A stretch of DNA of 62,986 nt, filler included, from Bigelowiella natans CCMP2755 (lineage: Eukaryota; Protista; Cercozoa), in NCBI GenBank assembly GCA_000320545.1. It is 8 parts of 8 records of this genome, joined end to end, with 100 filler letters (N's around TTAATTAATTAA, not from the genome) between each part and the next. Parts side by side here need not be neighbours in the genome. Positions count along the whole stretch, not along the records: positions 55,614 to 59,174 come from ADNK01003606.1; positions 59,275 to 62,986 come from ADNK01000351.1; 6 more parts are not named here. One strand, 5' to 3'. The notes below the pieces were generated by a model, which was given only the letters and a program-made list of their open reading frames with translations, did no database searches and was not told the origin of the DNA. Below, one piece after another: positions 57,695-62,986 of this stretch (position 1 is the stretch's first letter; every line of letters begins with the position of its first letter). Made by a program: the position numbers and the translations under genes.

Positions 57695-57939
57695 TGTAGC
57701 GCGTACCACTACGCGGGCACAAGTCACGTGCGACAACAAAGGGGTTGTCGCGGATATAGAATATAGATAACGTAGATATTAATACAGCATAGGCACGTGG
57801 GTTCCGGCGGGACTCATGGCAGCACACCGGAAGTGTGCTGCCCCACGTGCGGCGGCATTCGCGAAAGCTTCGCGAATGATTACGCAGTGCACGATTTAAT
57901 AAAAATATAATCTTTAATAAAAATAAACACAACTCTTCA
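57695..57939 (+). repeat. Putative 3' LTR, 245 bp, TGTAG...CTTCA
   Basis: Starts with TG right after the PPT, has AATAAA copies near 57897-57927, and ends CTTCA (4/5 inverted match to TGTAG). No 5' LTR is present to confirm the end. Confidence 0.65.
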
Positions 57940-59095
57940 AAAGGAAGCAAACGTGCCTTTCCCCCCCCTGCCTACTTGTGCACGTAGCGCCTCGGCCTGT
58001 GAACACCTTACGCGCAACATGTGCGCATGTGTGCAGTCTGACGGATTTGATCAAATTGCAAAGTTTTTTCAATTGTGGTCCTTGCAGCCATGCTGGCATG
58101 CACAAAGCTACATCCAATGTCGCGGCTACAGCACCAGATCACAAGACGTTTCATGCTGTTGCGTGTGAGTGAAGCGTTCCAAGTGGTCATTGATGGAATT
58201 GGCTCATCCACCGCATGCAGGTGCACGATGAGCGCTGAAAAGGTGATGCACACAAAAACATGATGGAACACAAAAATCATGACACGATGAACAAAAACAC
58301 AAACACAACTCACACGAGCACACGCGACAATCTTTTGAGAATTCAAGTGAGCACAATGGTGGATGAGGTGGTCAACACTTTGAACAACACCATGCTCGGT
58401 GCATCCGAGGTGTGTGTTGTGTGCGTGTTGCATCGTCTGGATGCATTTCACTCCGAGAAACATCCCCCTGCAACTTTGTGATTCGATCGAAATTGTGGGG
58501 AAAATGCCTACACACTCTCTCTCCCTCCCTCGATGACATCTGGGCATATTTTAATCGAAGAAACATCTTATTTGACGTGTCAACTCACCACAGCCTGATG
58601 AGATGATGATGATGATGATGATGATGATGACGACGATGACGATGGTGTGACGACGGCGATGGCGGGATGAACGCTCCCCTTCCCTTCTCTCCAACTCCCG
58701 AGGTTTTGTCTGCCCAATTCGAGCATGCCATGCCTCTCTTATCTTCCGTTTCTCTCGATCTCCTAACGCGATGCATGGCAGGCGTCATCGGCACCACCAG
58801 TTTTCGTGAAGCTTGCCCCATTGTTCGCGTCGGAGGTGGCCCCGAAGACCGATGAGGCCATGTTCACGGCGCTCGAGTAGTAGCAGCAGCAACTTACAGC
58901 GTGGTGGTGATGTGCGGTGGCGAACTTCTCTTTTTGAAAGGATGGAGAATGCAGCGAATTGATTGAGGCCAACAATGTCGATGATTTCGAATTTAGATAC
59001 TATCGCCGAAGGGCTCGCGACTCGGAAGTCTTCATGGGGACCCCTGAACAGCTTTCCTGCTTGTACAATTTCATCTGCCCACACAAACAAACAAA

Positions 59096-59135
<40 letters not shown>

Positions 59136-59174
59136 AACTCAAGGGCGTAGGCGGCATTTGTCCTCTAGGTTTAT

Positions 59175-59274
59175 NNNNNNNNNNNNNNNNNNNNNNNNNN
59201 NNNNNNNNNNNNNNNNNNTTAATTAATTAANNNNNNNNNNNNNNNNNNNNNNNNNNNNNNNNNNNNNNNNNNNN
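59175..59274. other. Artificial contig spacer
   Basis: N44-TTAATTAATTAA-N44. Confidence 0.98.
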
Positions 59275-59641
59275 CCCCCCCCTAGGTGCTTGGAGATGGT
59301 GCTGAGCGGCCCCCCACAGCACGCCCATACGACTGCAGCGACGATTCGGAGCTTTTGGAAGAGCTTTAAGCTTCCCGGAGAAGGGGAGACTTCCTCGGCG
59401 GTGACAGCGAGGGTAGCGAGGCTAGTGAGCTCCGCGTTCTCCGCGGTCGGTTTACGTGGGTTCTACATCTTGGCGGGATATAATGGGGGCAGTGGCGCCA
59501 GGAAGAGCAGCAGGGACAACAGTAACGACGACGACCCCGCGTCGAGGGGGAGGAGGGCGGCGGCCGCGGTGATGCGAGCTCTTTCCGCCGTTGTGGAGGG
59601 GTTTCTGGTCAGTACCCTGGGACACGATTACGACGATGATA

Positions 59642-59674
<33 letters not shown>

Positions 59675-60805
59675 TTATTGCTAGCCTTGAGCTTCATGCT
59701 GTATTTGTCGCGATCTGCTGTGCTTCTCACGCCCTGTTCTTTCCTTCTTGCACTCACTGCGGCAGCGAGCGGTCCCCAGCGGCTCGCCTAACGCCGTCCG
59801 AGTGGCAGAGGCCTGCATGGACGCGACGAGGCCGTACTGTGCGTATATAGTGTCCGGGAAAGGAGAGGAAGCTGAAGGCGTTAAGGAGACGATGTTCGGC
59901 GATGGCTCCTTAGCGCTCACCACGGCGGTGCTGGCCGCAAGGTTCATGATGAGCGCGTTGAAAGAGCACGCTGTGTCGGCCGCGGCGTCGTCCTCCTCCC
60001 CGAGCACCGTCGCGGATAGGGATGATGATGATGATGATGATGATGATGACGATGCCTCTCCGTCGTCATCGTCGTCTACTACATGTGCGCGTCTCCTGAC
60101 GCAAGTATTCTGGCTACAATTCCCCAGCAGCCATTTATCATCGTCGCCATCATCATCGTTATCACCATCACTATCACCCTCCCCCTCCCCGTCCCCTTCC
60201 ACCGTCAATGATGGCGAGGACGCCGATGAGCTGTGTTACGCGCTCGCGCTCTCCGCCTCGGAGTTTCTGGCCTCTTTCTTGTCCCGGGCGAAGCTAAAGC
60301 GGCTGCCGGAGGCGGCGAGCAAGAAGCTGGCGAGCGATCTTCGGGGGAATATCCTCCTCCCCCCCCGAACCCCGTCCTCCTCGCCCTCCACCTCCACTGC
60401 GTACGGGTGGTGCGAGGCGGTTGTGAGGCTGGTGAGGGTGCCGGCAAAGCATGGTTGTGCTAGGAATATTCTCAATGCAGCGCTGCCAGATGTCGGGCAG
60501 CTTCTGCAAGGTTTGCCGTTGGCCGGATTTCGCGCCCCTGCTGCTGTCAAGGGTGATGCTGAGGATGATGATGATGATGCTTTGAGCGGAAGGGAGAGGA
60601 CGGCGTTCGTCAAGTGCGCGCTGAGAAGGTTTCTCAGCTTGGTTCATCTCGCCGCTCATGCTCCAGATGGCCTGGGGGCGGACACCGTGGTTGTGATAAT
60701 TTACGTGCGTGTATGCGTGTATGCGTGTATGCGTGTGTGCTGTGTGCTGTGTGCTGTGTGCTGTGTGCTGTGTGCTGTGTGCTGTGTGCTGTGTGCTGTG
60801 TGCTG

Positions 60806-60844
<39 letters not shown>

Positions 60845-61655
60845 TGTATCGCTCGTCCGTGGAGCATTCCCTCGCGCCCAACCCCTCCCCTCCCCCCCCT
60901 TAATTAATAGCATCATACGTGTAGCATAATCTTCTCCCCTTCTACCGCTGTTCCCCCCCTCCTCCTCGCCATCTTCTTCCGCACCCCAAGCACACAGGGG
61001 GGAGGGCTGATGCCTCGTGATCAAAGATTCCTTTGATTTACCCTTTGCCATACCACATTAGTTTCGCTCAAGGCCTTGGCTGCTTCTCGAGCTTGCTACC
61101 CTCCTTCACGCCGCCAACCAGCATATGCTCCTGAGAGACGACTATGACCCCGAAGATAGCCATAGCACGGGAGGAGGCGAGCAGGAGGACAAAGAAGATC
61201 CAGAGCAGGAGGAAGCAGACGATGACAGCCGGTTAGGGGCCCATGCTTTTTTTGGCCACGCGGCACTAGAGCGTATCGTCCAAGATTGCTACGGGAAAAG
61301 GAAGAAGAGGAAGGAGAAGGAGGATGGGGAGGGAAAGGAGGCGGGCGGGGGGGGGCGGGGGGAAGGTGAGGAGGACGGAATACGCTCGTTAGCTAAGTTA
61401 GCAATTGGCATGCTTAGATTGGCGGCTATGAAGAAGCACGATGATGGCAGCAGCAGCAGCAGCAGCAGTAGCAGCAGCAGTGGTAGTGGTAGTGAACACA
61501 GGTGTAAGGGAGGAAGTGTCGCGGTACTACGAGTACTGCTAAAGAAGCAAATGGTGACCGTTGAGCAGCTGCTGCAGCTGTGCTCTTCTTCTTCTTCTTC
61601 TTCTCCCTCCTCCTCCTCCTCGTCATCATCATCAGATGACCACCGGAAGGTATAG

Positions 61656-61697
<42 letters not shown>

Positions 61698-61699
61698 AT

Positions 61700-61744
<45 letters not shown>

Positions 61745-62391
61745 CCGGAAAAACGCGCCGATGATTTTTGCCTACTACGACAACAGCAGTTCTGCATCGC
61801 CACCATCAATATTTTGAGGCGAATCATGGGAATGCTCCGCCGACTTAGCGAACGCCATTCAATGATATGCGTCGGTGTGCTCTTCTTCTATATTTTGAAA
61901 AAAAGAAAGGCACGATGCCTCTGATGGGGTCCGTTTCCGCCAATACCTGCAGCATGACAAATGAATTGCTTCTTCCCCCCCCCCCCCCCCCTGTACCTGC
62001 AGGCCGCTGAATGGCTGCTCTCGACGGTGCTTTCCGAGGTCATCGCCCACGTTGCCTCCTCTTCCTCCTCCCCCTTTTCCGCTGCTGTCAAAAGAAGTGC
62101 AGCAGCTGCTGCTGCTGAAACGCTAGAGACGCGGCTCCTAGCTTGTATGAAGCGAGGCTCTGTGCTCGGTGATGGCGACGGGGATGTAGTGACAAAGGCA
62201 CAGCTCAATTTCTCAGTTGGTACCTCGGCGCGAGCACTCGTCGCCCTCCTGCAAATGATGACTGCTGATGCTGCTGCTGCGGCGACGATGACGACGAGCT
62301 GCAAGGAGAGCTGCAGCAAGTATTTGGAGGCACGGTAAAAGCTGCTGCTGGTTAGATGCTGTTCAACACACACTCACTCACTCACTCATTC

Positions 62392-62432
<41 letters not shown>

Positions 62433-62472
62433 TATATAAGCGTGCGTCTCAAGCAATGTATGATCAACAAGC

Positions 62473-62508
<36 letters not shown>

Positions 62509-62963
62509 CCGCAGGCTGCTCGAAGGGCCCAGAAAAGGCTACAAACACCACTCCTCTGCCAAAGAAGAATAATAAGAAGAAAAAGACACCATCGACGGTG
62601 GTAGAGGAACATCAAGAAGAAGAAGAAACAGAGGCATCATCATCTCCGAATGCGCTAGCTTATCAGCCATTCTCCCCCTACTTCACACACAACAACAACA
62701 TCAACAACTACAACTTGAAGGCAAGAATTACTCCGGGTACCTTTGTCGATTTTTCTCTGCTGGGCCTGCAGCATCTCTCATCAGCCTCATCACGCTACTC
62801 TCCGGAAGCTGCTTTCCCTGTCTATTCCTTATGTGCGGCCCTCTTGAACCCGAAGACCGCCACCTTTCTCGGCTTCACGTCGCCTGTTTCGGTGACTTCT
62901 ATCACGCGGGGCCTCTTACGTGTGCTGGAGATCTTTGTTATTATCTTGCGAGAGATGAGTTGA
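59275..62963 (+). CDS. Internal part of a large helical (ARM/HEAT-like) hypothetical protein with homopolymeric amino-acid tracts
   Basis: Long GC-rich open exons (59290-59700, 59766-about 60690, about 61125-61590, about 62001-62335, 62442-62963). A phase-0 65-bp intron at 59701-59765 links the first two. Leu/Ala-rich helices are interrupted by poly-D/S/N/E. Family not recognised. Confidence 0.5.
60734..60803 (+). repeat. (TGTGTGC)10 heptamer array in an intron
   Basis: Ten perfect 7-bp units, preceded by (GCGTGTAT)3 and followed by (TG)n. Confidence 0.9.
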
Positions 62964-62986
62964 AGATGGTGACGGGGATTTTTATG

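Larger units (their letters stand above)
55614..57939 (+). mobile_element. 3' half of a Ty3/gypsy-order LTR retrotransposon (RT connection-RNase H-integrase-extra domain, PPT, 3' LTR)
   Basis: Intronless, microsatellite-free ORF open from the contig start; RNase H before integrase; purine tract directly followed by a TG...CA segment with AATAAA signals. Confidence 0.85.

Noticed and set aside
55614-57939. Classifying the element as DIRS because of the MT-like domain
   Set aside because: It has a DDE integrase after RNase H, a PPT and a TG...CA LTR, and no tyrosine recombinase is visible.

Overview
Eukaryotic nuclear DNA, not one continuous locus. Seven identical 100-bp spacers (N44-TTAATTAATTAA-N44) join eight unrelated contig pieces, so adjacency across spacers has no biological meaning. 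The DNA is intron-dense (GT-AG, short introns filled with (CA)n/(TA)n/(GA)n), and most ORFs in the supplied track are microsatellite translations or antisense shadows. Splicing exons by hand recovers: a Cys2/MetX-family serine O-acyltransferase, a ZnF-UBP USP16/45-like deubiquitinase, an MGC-start protein with a PH-like C-terminus, an almost intronless GH79 glycosidase, a GRAM-domain protein, a CNNM/DUF21-CBS transporter, an ABHD17-like hydrolase, a thylakoid FKBP18 homolog, a ProX/OpuAC-like binding-domain protein, a PTS2-bearing thiolase, HscB and several hypothetical genes. One contig ends in 30 TTAGGG repeats. FKBP18 with a signal peptide + transit + lumen leader, TTAGGG telomeres and dense canonical introns suggest an alga with a secondary green plastid, most likely a chlorarachniophyte (inference). 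The most notable item is the 3' half of an intact Ty3/gypsy-order LTR retrotransposon (55614-57939). Its integrase has a short D(27)E spacing and is fused to a C-terminal domain resembling the DIRS/Dam-type N6-adenine methyltransferase fold with degenerate catalytic motifs, and it is followed by a hairpin-packed LTR. All gene models are manual and unverified by alignment or RNA data.
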